A DNA stretch of 59,470 nt, taken from the NCBI GenBank assembly GCA_018812265.1, contig JAHJDG010000127.1:1-59470 (forward strand). The letters run 5' to 3'. The notes under the pieces were generated by a model, which had not been told where the DNA came from, did not search any database, and saw nothing but the letters and a program-made list of their open reading frames with translations. A program made the translations under genes and the position numbers. The stretch's first letter is position 1, and the number at the start of each line of letters is the position of its first letter. The stretch is from a bacterium. GTDB taxonomy: Bacteria > Electryoneota > RPQS01. Positions 38,273 through 47,010 of this stretch are shown here, one piece after another.

Positions 38273-40494
38273 TAATGGAATCGGCGTCCTCTGAGGGATT
38301 CTTCGGAGGGAGGCCAACCGGTTTCATCGGGCTCCTCTTCGAGAAGGTCTTCAACCGGCGCGCGTGAACCCAAGAGCTGCGCATCGGTGAGAAGAAAGCA
38401 CGAAACCGAATCCGGTGGACCAAGTTTGCGCCGCAGCCGTTCGGCGAAAGACGAGTCGGGAAACAGCGCCAGCAGGCGGGTATAAATGACACGCGCGGAG
38501 TCGAAACGAGCAAATTCCTCCTCGTAGATATGCGCCTTGGCGAAAAGAGCCGTTTGTCCGGCGGTCGAAGTGGAATCGGTGGCGATAACCGCCGAGTACA
38601 GCTTCAAAACCGAATCCAACGGTGCTTCACTTTGAAAACGCGCGTACTCCGCCGCCTGGAGAGCCTCGACTTGCGGCGAAACCGGAATCACGATAAGGGG
38701 CAGACCCAATGCCTGCCGCGCGACATTGGCGGCGTCAGCGGAAACGCTATCGTCATCTACCACCGCCTGATAGTATTGCCGCGCTCGTTCGCTTATACCG
38801 CTGTCCTGCTCTGCACAGTAACTCGCGAGGTACAGATTTGCCTTCCAGCGAACTCGAGAATCAAAGGGAAAGTCGGCGGCAAGCCGGTAATAGTGCATCG
38901 CACTGTCCGGCTCTATCAGATTGTATTGATAGAACTCGGCCACGTGAAGGTATGCCAACTGAAGTTCTCTAAGGAGAGTCTCGCGGCGATCTTCACTGAG
39001 CGGAATCGGCGGCGAGGGTTGACCAACGGAGGGCGGTAATCCGACCTCTTCGCCGAGTTCAGAGGATTCCTCCGTCGAATCGGTTTCCGTACTGTCAGAT
39101 GCCGCGCGCGCCGGCTGAATCGAATCGGGAACCGCCGTAGTCGTACTCCTCGGCTCCCCTGCCAAAGCGCTGTCGGCGGGCAAATCCGGTTCACCAAAGT
39201 GCAGGGATTCTCCGGTTTGAACGGAATCCAACGTACGGACTTCATCTTGTTCCGTCGGGATTTCCCCCGTCGGCTCCACGGGCGCTTCGGGTTGCGTTGA
39301 GTCTGCGGAAGTGGAGTCCCCCGACGGGGGCGCTTCCAATTCGGCGCGAATCTCGCTAATGCGTTCAATTGCCAACAGACCCTTCGAGATCAGCGCCAGC
39401 GCCGCGCGAGCCGAATCGGCGATTTCCGCCGCTGCTCCCGATTTGATGGTGCTGTCGAGGTGCGCCTTCGCTTCGGGCAAATTGGCAAGATGATCGCGAT
39501 AGACCATCGCCATGCGGAAATGCGCCAATGCCCGCTGCTCACCGGTCGGATGCCGACGAACGTAGTCCGTGTAAAGTGCGATGGATTCGTCTATCCGCCC
39601 CGATTGAAGAGTCAAGTCGGCCAACTCAAGAGGGATGTCATCCGCGTGACTCAGAAATCGCGGGTTAGCCGACAGCTTTCTCAAGATCGTTCCGGCCTGC
39701 TCGTAATTCTGGATCCTCATCTCCGCGCGCGCCCAATAGACGAACGCGTTGTAAGCCTGCTCCCAATCCGTGGTTTGCTGAGTGACGCGGACGAAGGCAT
39801 CCCGCGCCTCTTCATAGCGCCGTTGCGAGAATCTGCATAATCCGTAGTGATACATCGCATTCATCGCCTCGGCTCTGGGAGGACGCAACTGATACGCGGC
39901 ATTGAACTGCTCCGCAGCGTCGTCCCACCGCTTCTGGTCCCGATAGAGAACACCCAACTGATAATGGAGAGCGGCGAGATCCGTATCGCGCTTGGCTTTG
40001 GGCAGACCATTCACGAGCAGTTCGATCGCTTGATCACGATTGGTCTGCTCCGCGAGCGTGCGCGCCCGGAAGAGAATCGCGGAGGGAATGTGCTTGCTCT
40101 TCGGGAACAGCGTCGTTAGCTCAGTGAACTTCCGGTCCGCCCGACCGAGTTCACCCAACCGATAGTACGAAACGCCCATCAGATACAACGCATCATCCAC
40201 CCAGCGACTCTTCGGATAGAGTTCGAGGAGCTTCGCACAGGTCTCGAGCACTTTGCGATATTTCTCTGGCGACCGTACATCCCGTTGAACACCGGCGCCT
40301 TGCGGATTTGCCGGAGTCCGTGGCGGAGACGGTTGTTGCGTCTGTGCTGGTTGCGGTTGATTGCGGTTGTCCCGTTCCGCCTCCGCAAACTTCCGCTTGG
40401 CATTATAGAACGTGTTGTAGTAGGCACAGCCCGCCGTGAGCAGCGCCAGACCCATGACCGCCAACAGGAGGAGAGGTAGAATCCGTCGTCTCAT
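38272..40494 (-). CDS. TPR-repeat lipoprotein with an acidic Pro/Ser-rich linker
   Basis: Lipobox LTAG|C followed by AYYNTFYNA; TPR helices (YPKSRWVDDALYLMG, FPKSKHIPSA); low-complexity linker at ~39001-39335. Confidence 0.8.
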   Translation of the reverse strand: MRRRILPLLLLAVMGLALLTAGCAYYNTFYNAKRKFAEAERDNRNQPQPAQTQQPSPPRTPANPQGAGVQRDVRSPEKYRKVLETCAKLLELYPKSRWVDDALYLMGVSYYRLGELGRADRKFTELTTLFPKSKHIPSAILFRARTLAEQTNRDQAIELLVNGLPKAKRDTDLAALHYQLGVLYRDQKRWDDAAEQFNAAYQLRPPRAEAMNAMYHYGLCRFSQRRYEEARDAFVRVTQQTTDWEQAYNAFVYWARAEMRIQNYEQAGTILRKLSANPRFLSHADDIPLELADLTLQSGRIDESIALYTDYVRRHPTGEQRALAHFRMAMVYRDHLANLPEAKAHLDSTIKSGAAAEIADSARAALALISKGLLAIERISEIRAELEAPPSGDSTSADSTQPEAPVEPTGEIPTEQDEVRTLDSVQTGESLHFGEPDLPADSALAGEPRSTTTAVPDSIQPARAASDSTETDSTEESSELGEEVGLPPSVGQPSPPIPLSEDRRETLLRELQLAYLHVAEFYQYNLIEPDSAMHYYRLAADFPFDSRVRWKANLYLASYCAEQDSGISERARQYYQAVVDDDSVSADAANVARQALGLPLIVIPVSPQVEALQAAEYARFQSEAPLDSVLKLYSAVIATDSTSTAGQTALFAKAHIYEEEFARFDSARVIYTRLLALFPDSSFAERLRRKLGPPDSVSCFLLTDAQLLGSRAPVEDLLEEEPDETGWPPSEESLRGRRFH

Positions 40495-41258
40495 TGTGCT
40501 ACGCTTCCGGAAGATGAATCCCGACGTCCGCGTTCGAATATTTCCACAAGTTCCGGCAGGATCGTGCCGGCAGGTCCCAACAGATGGTAGGTCACCGAAC
40601 CGCTGAGCGGAGTTTCCTCCATATTTACCTCTATGACGGGGATCCCCCGTGATAGAGCGATTTCGGGCAGAGACGCCGCCGGGTAGACCACTGCCGAGGT
40701 TCCGATCGTCAAGAAGAGATCGCAGCGCTGAGAGGCTTCAGCCGCAGCCTCAAAGACTCCCGGCGGAAGCATCTCGCCAAACCAGACCACCCCCGGCCTG
40801 AGCATCCCTCCACAGGGGCACATAGGGACTTTCCCGGCAAAGGTGATCTCTTCCATCGAGCTTTCGGATCCGCAGCGATTGCATCTATTAATTCTAATAT
40901 TACCATGAAGTTCAAGAACGTTTCGACTCCCCGCCATGAGATGAAGTCCGTCCACGTTCTGGGTCACTAAAGTAAATTTCGGAGCGAGTTCCTCCCACCT
41001 CGCGAGCGCCATATGGCCGGGATTGGGCTTGACGGTTGTGAGGATATCCCGGCGGTGCTGATACCATTCCCAAACTAAGTCAGGATTAGCCATGAAAGCG
41101 TCCATGTTGGCCAGCTCCTGTGGCTTAAACTTCGACCACAGCCCTTCCTTTCCCCGAAAGGTGGCCACACCGGATTCGGCTGAGATTCCGGCACCCGTTA
41201 GGACACATATATGTGAAGCATTTTTAATGTCTTGCACGAGCCGAGTGCCGATTTCCAT
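40491..41258 (-). CDS. cobB: NAD-dependent protein deacylase (class III sirtuin)
   Basis: TGAGISAESGVATFRG, TQNVDGLH, zinc-binding Cys pairs, RPGVVWFGE, IGTSAVVYPAA; start 41258 or GTG 41273. Confidence 0.93.
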   Translation of the reverse strand: MEIGTRLVQDIKNASHICVLTGAGISAESGVATFRGKEGLWSKFKPQELANMDAFMANPDLVWEWYQHRRDILTTVKPNPGHMALARWEELAPKFTLVTQNVDGLHLMAGSRNVLELHGNIRINRCNRCGSESSMEEITFAGKVPMCPCGGMLRPGVVWFGEMLPPGVFEAAAEASQRCDLFLTIGTSAVVYPAASLPEIALSRGIPVIEVNMEETPLSGSVTYHLLGPAGTILPELVEIFERGRRDSSSGSVAQ

Positions 41259-41273
41259 GCGAGGTTTTCCCAC

Positions 41274-41302
41274 TTGACATTGGATATCCCATTGAGTATA
41301 TT
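41274..41302 (+). promoter_or_regulatory. Sigma70-type promoter for rpsT
   Basis: TTGACA (41274-41279), 17-nt spacer, TATATT (41297-41302). Confidence 0.75.
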
Positions 41303-41380
41303 AGGCTACTCAAAGGAAGGGTGTTGCCGATTCCGAATTCAAGCGGCAACATCGTCTGATAATCTCAAAGAATCCATCGT

Positions 41381-41638
41381 ATGGCGCAACATAAATCTTG
41401 CGAGAAGAGGATGAAGACGGCCGCCGCCGCCCGGCTTCGCAACCGTCGGGATCGCGCACGCTGCCGCGCCGCCGAAAAACACGTTCTGAATGCGACCGAT
41501 ATCGCAGCGGCTCGGACCGCCCTGATGGAAGCGTACGCCTTGATGGACCGCATGGTTCACAAAGGGCTATTCCATCGCAATGCGGCGGCCCGGCGAAAGG
41601 CAGCTTTGGCACACCGCGTAAACCGAATGCAAGCGTAG
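41381..41638 (+). CDS. rpsT: 30S ribosomal protein S20
   Basis: MAQHKSCEKRMKT...RNRR...KGLFHRNAAARRKAAL; 85 aa, basic. Confidence 0.93.
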   Translation: MAQHKSCEKRMKTAAAARLRNRRDRARCRAAEKHVLNATDIAAARTALMEAYALMDRMVHKGLFHRNAAARRKAALAHRVNRMQA

Positions 41639-41667
41639 CTGCTCTTCTCAGACGGGATTCCCCCGCC

Positions 41668-41732
41668 GAGCCGGTGTTACTCTGGCGCTCCTCCCCCTCC
41701 AGCCAGAGTCGGAACACCGGCTCTTCTTTTTT
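41668..41732 (+). terminator. Long hairpin plus U-tract after rpsT
   Basis: GAGCCGGTGTT-ACTCTGGC pairs with GCCAGAGT-cgg-AACACCGGCTC (19 bp, 3-nt bulge, 15-nt loop), then TTCTTTTTT. Confidence 0.75.
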
Positions 41733-41748
41733 CGATCTCTTCAGCGAT

Positions 41749-43221
41749 TCAGCGCGGCCGCTCGTAATTGGGAGCTTCCCGCGTGATAATCACGTCATGG
41801 GGATGGCTCTCACGATAACCGGCTGACGAGGCTTGAACAAGCCGCGCGTTCCGGTGCAACTCTGCGATGTCGCGAGCCCCGCAATACCCCATCGCCGCTC
41901 GCAATCCCCCCACGAGTTGGAACACCGTGTCCGCCAGCTTCCCCTTGTAGGGGACGCGGCCTTCGATTCCCTCGGGAACAAACTTGCCACTGGCATCGGC
42001 CGCCGACTGGAAATAACGGTCGGCGCTGCCTTGCTTCATGGCTCCCACCGAACCCATTCCCCGGAACTGCTTGTAGCTGCGGCCCTCCAGAAGAATCATC
42101 TCGCCCGGACTCTCCTCCGTACCCGCGAAGAGGCTGCCGATCATCACCGAATCCGCTCCGGCGGCAATGGCCTTGGCGATGTCGCCCGAATAGCGAATCC
42201 CGCCATCGGCAACGGCCGGAATGCCTCGCTCGCGGGTCGCGCGAATCACCTCAAGAATCGCCGTGACCTGCGGCATTCCCACTCCCGCCACGACCCGGGT
42301 GGTGCAGATCGAACCCGGTCCCACGCCGATTTTCACCGCATCCGCTCCCGCCTTGACAAGTGCCTCCGCCCCATCGGCCGTTACGACGTTGCCGGCGATG
42401 AGGTCCGGGGCCGGGAACTCCGCCCGCAGTCGTTCCACCATGCGGATGACGTTGACGGAGTGTCCGTGAGCCGTATCCACGACCAGAGCGTCCACTCCGG
42501 CTTCCACGAGCGCATGGGCACGATCCATTGTGTCCTCTCGCACTCCCACGGCCGCCGCCGCGCGAAGCCGGCCCTCTTCGTCCTTGCAGGCATTGGGAAA
42601 CAGTGATCGCTTCAGAATGTCCTTGGCCGTGACCAGTCCCGCCAGTCGTCCCTGACCATCTACCAGCAGCAATTTCTCGATCCGATGCTTCTGCAGGATC
42701 CTTTTGGCCGTGTCCAGGTCGGTCCCGAGTGGCGCGGTAATCAAACGATCTCGCGGAGTCATGATGTCGCGCAAGGGCCGAGCATAGTCTTCCTCGAAAC
42801 GCAGGTCGCGGTCGGTCACGATTCCATGCAGTTCTTCGCCGCTGACGACCGGGATCCCGCTGATTCCCTTGTCACGCATTAATTTCAGAGCGTCTCCCAC
42901 TCGGGCATTGGGAGGCAACGTATGCGGCTTGAGAATCGTTGCCGATTCACTCCGCTTGACTCGCGTGACCTCGGCCGCTTGCGCTTCCACCGACATGTTC
43001 TTGTGGACAACACCGATACCGCCTTCGCGGGCCAGCGCAATACACAGAGCCGCCTCGCTGACCGTATCCATGGCCGCCGAAACGAGCGGAATGTTGAGAG
43101 CGATTCGACGGCTGAAGCGAGTGCGAACAATGGCCTGCGAGGGGATCACTTCGGAATAGGCCGGGAGCAGCAGAACGTCGTCAAAGGTGATCCCGAGACA
43201 TTCGATTTTTTCGTGAGCCAA
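41749..43221 (-). CDS. guaB: IMP dehydrogenase
   Basis: [19 protein letters not shown] pair, [28 protein letters not shown]; TTG start. Confidence 0.97.
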   Translation of the reverse strand: MAHEKIECLGITFDDVLLLPAYSEVIPSQAIVRTRFSRRIALNIPLVSAAMDTVSEAALCIALAREGGIGVVHKNMSVEAQAAEVTRVKRSESATILKPHTLPPNARVGDALKLMRDKGISGIPVVSGEELHGIVTDRDLRFEEDYARPLRDIMTPRDRLITAPLGTDLDTAKRILQKHRIEKLLLVDGQGRLAGLVTAKDILKRSLFPNACKDEEGRLRAAAAVGVREDTMDRAHALVEAGVDALVVDTAHGHSVNVIRMVERLRAEFPAPDLIAGNVVTADGAEALVKAGADAVKIGVGPGSICTTRVVAGVGMPQVTAILEVIRATRERGIPAVADGGIRYSGDIAKAIAAGADSVMIGSLFAGTEESPGEMILLEGRSYKQFRGMGSVGAMKQGSADRYFQSAADASGKFVPEGIEGRVPYKGKLADTVFQLVGGLRAAMGYCGARDIAELHRNARLVQASSAGYRESHPHDVIITREAPNYERPR

Positions 43222-43254
43222 GTTTCGTCCCTCGAATGGAGAACCGGCCTTCCG

Positions 43255-45828
43255 TCAGCCGGCCATGAACGTCGAATAGAAATACTGGAAATAGGTGAGC
43301 GTCCCTAAGCGGTTCTCGAGAACCGCCAGAGCAATCGCGGTCAGCGCACCCGCCAATACCATCACCACCGCGTATACCCGCAATCGAGTCGTCCCGAATC
43401 CCTCGCAGAGTGTGCTCATCAGCCGCAATCCTCCCCACACGATGCCTGCGACAACCGCAATCAAGACGGCGGTCGAGATCGTGGGAATCTGCACGGCTCG
43501 ATGGAAGACCACCGATACCGGAAGCAGGAACAACACGGCTGCGAACGACCAGACGACGTAGTTCCACGCCTGCCGGGTGTCTACGCGGCTCCGCAGAATG
43601 GCGGATACAAACCGAATCAGCATCGCCTTGAGTACGATGAGGAGCGCGAAAAGCACCGAACAATACAAGAGCAACCGAACGGGATCGAGTATGAGTTCAA
43701 TCACCCAAGCCTTGATATGAGCACCCGTCAAAAAGTGAGTGAGAGCATAGTCGAGCGCAAGGTTATCCTTCAAACTGTATAAACCCGCAGCCATCAGGAG
43801 ACCCAGGGATACCGATTCGAGCGCCCACAAGAGCAGCGGCTGTCCGGGGTGCAGGAACCGGCGATGTCGCAGGTCGCTGCAGAATCCGTGCGCATGCAGG
43901 AAGGTGCGCTTGAGATTCTGTCGGAATACGTTATTGCGGCGCAATTCGATGGACAGCGCAAAGATCGCGATGAGTCCGGCCACCGGAAACACCAATGGCG
44001 GAGCGGTTGTTGAACTGATCGGTACCGGAGGAGATGCCTGCCCCGTCCGAACGAGATCCCGGAGCTTGGCATAGGCAAGACGTTCCTGACGATTCCAATC
44101 CACCAATCCGAAAGCGTAGAGATGGGGATCGTCGGCGGCCGGTTGACCGAGAAGCGGACTGCTTCCGTAATAATCACTCAGCGAGTGAATCAGGAAACCG
44201 TCCACGTCGGTCCGGTCTTCAACTGCGAGCACGCTGCGGGTCAGGAACTCCGCTTGATTCACGATGCCGGCGAAAGCCCGTTCGTCCGCACCTTCACTCC
44301 AAGCCGAACGTCGAATGCCGGAGAAGATCACCGGGACAACCGTCGTGGTCAGATCGTTCAACCGATTGCTCTGCGAATCCCACGCCATCAGGATGAAATC
44401 CGCAGGAATCGAACCCGCATTCGCGTTCCGGAGTTCCACGTAGCAGGGCCGTTCGTCAAGCTGTTTCACGTGCTGTCTGAGCCATCCCGCGAAATCCGCC
44501 GTCGCCGGATTTTTCCAATCCAATCCCGTTCCCAAACCCCAGGCCAGAACACAGGGATGCTGTTGAAAGGCTTCGATCTCCTGCGTGACGGCCTGCCCGA
44601 CCAGCGCTCGATAGCTCGCTTGCTCCAGCAGCTTTCCCGGAATCCTGTCCACTCCGGTCTCCACAAGAACGGAAAGCCCCAGCTCGTCGGCAAGATCGAG
44701 CAGTAGCGGCGGCGGAGGATCGGAAGGAACTCGGATCACGTTCATTCCCAGATCACGAATCGAAATCAGATCCTGCCGCAGCCGAGTCGGCGACACGACC
44801 CGCCGTCCGATAGCGTATTCCGGAACGAAATCCACGCCGCGCACATAGAAAGGCTGTCCGTTGAGAAACAACGCGCCCTCGCGCACCTCCACCGTGCGGA
44901 AACCGAACGTCCGCTCAAACCGGTGAAGCGTATCGGAACCTGCGATTAGCGTCGCGGCAAGGGTATAAAGATGCGGCTGTGCCGGCGACCACAGATTCGC
45001 ATGGAAAGGCGGCAGGGTGATGACGGCTTGATAGTCGTTCGCGCGACCCTGTCTCAAGACATCGTTTCGCCCCGATGCAACCGCTTGCCCCATCGAATCG
45101 TACACACTCACAAGAACGAGAACATCGGACTTGCGGCCACTGCTGTCGAGAGTGGTTTTCATCGGTCCATACTGTGCAATCCGTACTTGCGCCGTGCCGC
45201 TGATGACCGACAATTCGCTATTGGATTCCCTCATGAAGCGAGCGTCTTCAATGGACCACGAAGGCACTCCCCGAAGGTAAACGCCCGAGAAGCATCCTCC
45301 ATAGTCCTGCGACTGCAGAAGCTGTCGCCGCACCGGAAACGTCCCTTTGGGCGTCAAATGATGCGTAATCCGCAGCTCGATTTCATTGGTTGTGCCGAAT
45401 CGAAGCTGATCGGAGGCCAGGTCACAGACGAATCCAAGATGAAATCCGGTGAGCGAAGCCACCAGCCGACCGTTGATGCGAACCTCACAGGAATGGCTGA
45501 TTTCCGGCAAGTGAAGCTGGAAATGTAGCGGGCGGAGTGAATCGGCAAGATAGAACGAACGCCGAAAAACCACCGGAGCGGCATCGCCTTCGAAACACCC
45601 CGGAATGAACGCCGATTGCGACTCGTCCTGCTCTCCGCGCTGCAATTCCCACGTGCCGCGCAGATCCAGCACCACTTGATGCGGATTCTCCTGAAGACGG
45701 GGAGTCGGCGGAGCCATCGCTTCCCGCTGATCGTAATACACGAAACCCTCGGCCGGGCGCACGAATACCACCAGCACGAGGGTCAGCAATGTGAGAAACG
45801 GAAAATGAACCTGATTGCGCACACTCAT
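43255..45828 (-). CDS. GH2-fold protein lacking the catalytic glutamates, with about six C-terminal TM helices
   Basis: Signal peptide; GH2 sugar-binding/Ig/TIM architecture (LWSPAQPHLY, FGFRTVEV, LNGQPFYVRG, DELGLSVLVE, HPCVLAWGLG, GLVDWNRQERLAY); hydrophobic C-terminal segments. Confidence 0.8.
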   Translation of the reverse strand: MSVRNQVHFPFLTLLTLVLVVFVRPAEGFVYYDQREAMAPPTPRLQENPHQVVLDLRGTWELQRGEQDESQSAFIPGCFEGDAAPVVFRRSFYLADSLRPLHFQLHLPEISHSCEVRINGRLVASLTGFHLGFVCDLASDQLRFGTTNEIELRITHHLTPKGTFPVRRQLLQSQDYGGCFSGVYLRGVPSWSIEDARFMRESNSELSVISGTAQVRIAQYGPMKTTLDSSGRKSDVLVLVSVYDSMGQAVASGRNDVLRQGRANDYQAVITLPPFHANLWSPAQPHLYTLAATLIAGSDTLHRFERTFGFRTVEVREGALFLNGQPFYVRGVDFVPEYAIGRRVVSPTRLRQDLISIRDLGMNVIRVPSDPPPPLLLDLADELGLSVLVETGVDRIPGKLLEQASYRALVGQAVTQEIEAFQQHPCVLAWGLGTGLDWKNPATADFAGWLRQHVKQLDERPCYVELRNANAGSIPADFILMAWDSQSNRLNDLTTTVVPVIFSGIRRSAWSEGADERAFAGIVNQAEFLTRSVLAVEDRTDVDGFLIHSLSDYYGSSPLLGQPAADDPHLYAFGLVDWNRQERLAYAKLRDLVRTGQASPPVPISSTTAPPLVFPVAGLIAIFALSIELRRNNVFRQNLKRTFLHAHGFCSDLRHRRFLHPGQPLLLWALESVSLGLLMAAGLYSLKDNLALDYALTHFLTGAHIKAWVIELILDPVRLLLYCSVLFALLIVLKAMLIRFVSAILRSRVDTRQAWNYVVWSFAAVLFLLPVSVVFHRAVQIPTISTAVLIAVVAGIVWGGLRLMSTLCEGFGTTRLRVYAVVMVLAGALTAIALAVLENRLGTLTYFQYFYSTFMAG

Positions 45829-45846
45829 GTCACGTGCGGGAATCCG

Positions 45847-47010
45847 TCAACCTGCCAGTTCATGATTCTTGGCGACAATCATCAAGCATAAACTCGTACT
45901 CAATTCCAGATCCTTGACGTACACATGCTCGGACGTGGTATGTTCATTCCTCATCCCGCATCCGATTACGACGGCCGGAAGGCCCTTCTCGTTGTACACG
46001 TTGGCGTTCGTGCCGCCTCCGATTGCCATGGGCTGCATGTTCAGCCCCAGTGTCGTCCCCGCCTCTGCCACCAAGCGATAAACGGGGCTGTCAAACGGAA
46101 CACTCATGGCGTCGTACTCGCGACGGATGTCGGCATGGAACTTCGGTGCGATCACCTTGCCGTTCACGGATCGGGTGAATTGAGCGACGGCTTGCTCGAA
46201 ACACTCGGACATGTGTTGGGTCTGCGCTTCGAGAGCGTTCTTGGAATGGCTGCGTGCTTCCGCCGTAGCCGTCAGCTTGTCGGCAACGATGTTCGTGGCG
46301 CGCCCGCCGCTTACCGTGCCGATATTCGCGGTGGATTCCTCGTCGAGGCGACCCAACCGCATGTTTGACACGGCCCGCGCGAACACTTCGATCGCGGACA
46401 CGCCCTTTTCCGGCGCCATTCCCGCATGCGCGGCAATCCCGTCAATCTCGTAGGTCATGCGATTCGCACTTGGCGCACGAAAGACAATCCGATCCAATTC
46501 CTCTCCATCCAGGACGAACGCATACTTCGCCTCAACCGCCGAAAGATCCACATGGTTGGCGCCCAAGAGTCCAATTTCCTCCGATACGTCGAAAATCGCC
46601 TCGACCGGTCCGTGAGGCATGTTGGACTCATGAAGGCAACGAAGTAGTTCCACCACGGCGGCCACTCCCGCCTTGTCGTCCGCACCCAACACGGTTGTGC
46701 CGTCCGATCGAATCACACCGTCCTGAAGCTGTGGTTTGATCCCGATACATGGCATAACGCTATCCAAATGCGCCGAGAACAATACGGCCGGCGCCTTCGA
46801 ATTGCGAGCCGCCATGCGCACGTGCAGGTTTCCGCAGTTGCCGCCGATCTTCTCGCCCGCGTTGTCGCGCCAGTATCGAACTCCCAGCGGACGGAGCAGA
46901 CTCTCCAGATAATCGGCCACGGCGGCCTCCTGCAAGGATGGAGTGTCAATCCGTACCAAATCCATAAACGTGCGAACCAGCCGATCGGAATTCAGTCGTG
47001 GAATGGTCAT
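45847..47010 (-). CDS. M20 family peptidase T-like metallopeptidase
   Basis: SAHLDSV, GADDKAG, SEEIGLLG, GGTNAN, HTTSE. Confidence 0.88.
   Translation of the reverse strand: MTIPRLNSDRLVRTFMDLVRIDTPSLQEAAVADYLESLLRPLGVRYWRDNAGEKIGGNCGNLHVRMAARNSKAPAVLFSAHLDSVMPCIGIKPQLQDGVIRSDGTTVLGADDKAGVAAVVELLRCLHESNMPHGPVEAIFDVSEEIGLLGANHVDLSAVEAKYAFVLDGEELDRIVFRAPSANRMTYEIDGIAAHAGMAPEKGVSAIEVFARAVSNMRLGRLDEESTANIGTVSGGRATNIVADKLTATAEARSHSKNALEAQTQHMSECFEQAVAQFTRSVNGKVIAPKFHADIRREYDAMSVPFDSPVYRLVAEAGTTLGLNMQPMAIGGGTNANVYNEKGLPAVVIGCGMRNEHTTSEHVYVKDLELSTSLCLMIVAKNHELAG

Noticed and set aside
41295-41300. Minus-strand TATACT overlapping the rpsT -10 as a cobB promoter
   Set aside because: No matching -35 or TG extension at the correct spacing
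41640-41745. Possible tRNA or small RNA between rpsT and guaB
   Set aside because: A single long hairpin with a U-tract, no cloverleaf or TTCGA T-loop; better explained as a terminator
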